DNA from: Macrostomum lignano
Lineage: Eukaryota
DNA: 64,000 nt
Direction: 5' to 3'
Assembly: GCA_002269645.1 (NCBI GenBank)
Contig: NIVC01003331.1
Span: forward strand, 5,269 to 69,268
A program made the translations under genes and the position numbers. Each line of letters begins with the position of its first letter. Position 1 is the first letter of the stretch. Under the pieces are notes generated by a model. That model worked only from the letters and a program-made list of their open reading frames with translations. It was not told the origin of the DNA and did no database searches. Shown one piece after another: positions 63,408 through 64,000 of the stretch.

Positions 63408-63955
63408 CTTGATCTGCAGGGCACTCGCTTAATTTGTTTCTTACAATTGCAACCAATTCGGACGTGTTTTACGTAGATCTTCAAGTGTACATCCTTGCGC
63501 TTCGGGTGGGCAACTCGTCGCGAATAGCGCCAGGTTTTTATGACCGCACTTCACCCGATGCTGCGTTCGCTTGATCGCTTTCACGCAACGGCCCTTGTTG
63601 ATTCGATAGTGAACTCGGATGTGTTCAATCAATCCGCGTCGTCGATGACAGTGCTTTTCGAGCTTGATCGCCAGCAGCGACACACGACAGATTGACGTTT
63701 GATGATGCGCACACAACGGCAGCGCTTCTGGCGCCAGTGAACAGTGCGCTTAACGCGGTAGAAGCCGTACTTTGTAGGCACGGCGCATCTGCTTTGACTG
63801 AATAGCACTGGCGGACAAACGGTGGGCGCGAGTGCGGACCCGGATCTGGCCGTAGCATCCGCCGTGGGTCAGACGCCAATGCTTTAACATAAGCTGGGTG
63901 CGACACTTGCCATTGACACAGATGCATCTCTTGCGTTTCAATGGACGCTTGCAGC
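63408..63955 (-). CDS. Exon: basic Cys repeats (3 frameshifts); the gene continues beyond the window
   Basis: Acceptor CGACAG|G, donor AAG|GTTAGC. R/K/H/C-rich pieces alternate between frames. Confidence 0.7.
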
Positions 63956-64000
63956 CTGTCGGGTGGGTATGATTGGTACTTTGACACAGTAGAGCCAAAT

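Overview
Eukaryotic (invertebrate animal) genomic DNA with spliceosomal GT/GC-AG introns. The TTAGGG repeats, SINEs and satellite-filled introns are reminiscent of a free-living flatworm such as Macrostomum; this is an impression, not a database result. Layout: (1) 1-10.4 kb is a 23-bp satellite. (2) 10.4-25 kb is low-complexity DNA plus a CpG-depleted block of decayed elements, including a pogo/Tigger-type (DDE_1) transposase relic whose frame appears to run into a complete OTU deubiquitinase domain. (3) A 3-exon OTUD7/Cezanne-like gene (OTU + A20 zinc finger, 708 aa). (4) Intronless B-box/coiled-coil/beta-propeller and PAN+LamG ORFs. (5) An orphan coiled-coil gene with an RFX X-box upstream. 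(6) A 5-exon TRAF gene (501 aa), one intron of which is almost entirely (CTAA)n. (7) A small single-TM ORF. (8) The 3' part of a very large, extremely basic Cys-rich minus-strand gene (vWA, 3 ShKT, PAN) with about 10 single-base frameshifts and a 78-nt in-frame GC-AG intron. Exon joins were checked by hand for frame. Domain calls come from motif recognition only; no searches were run.
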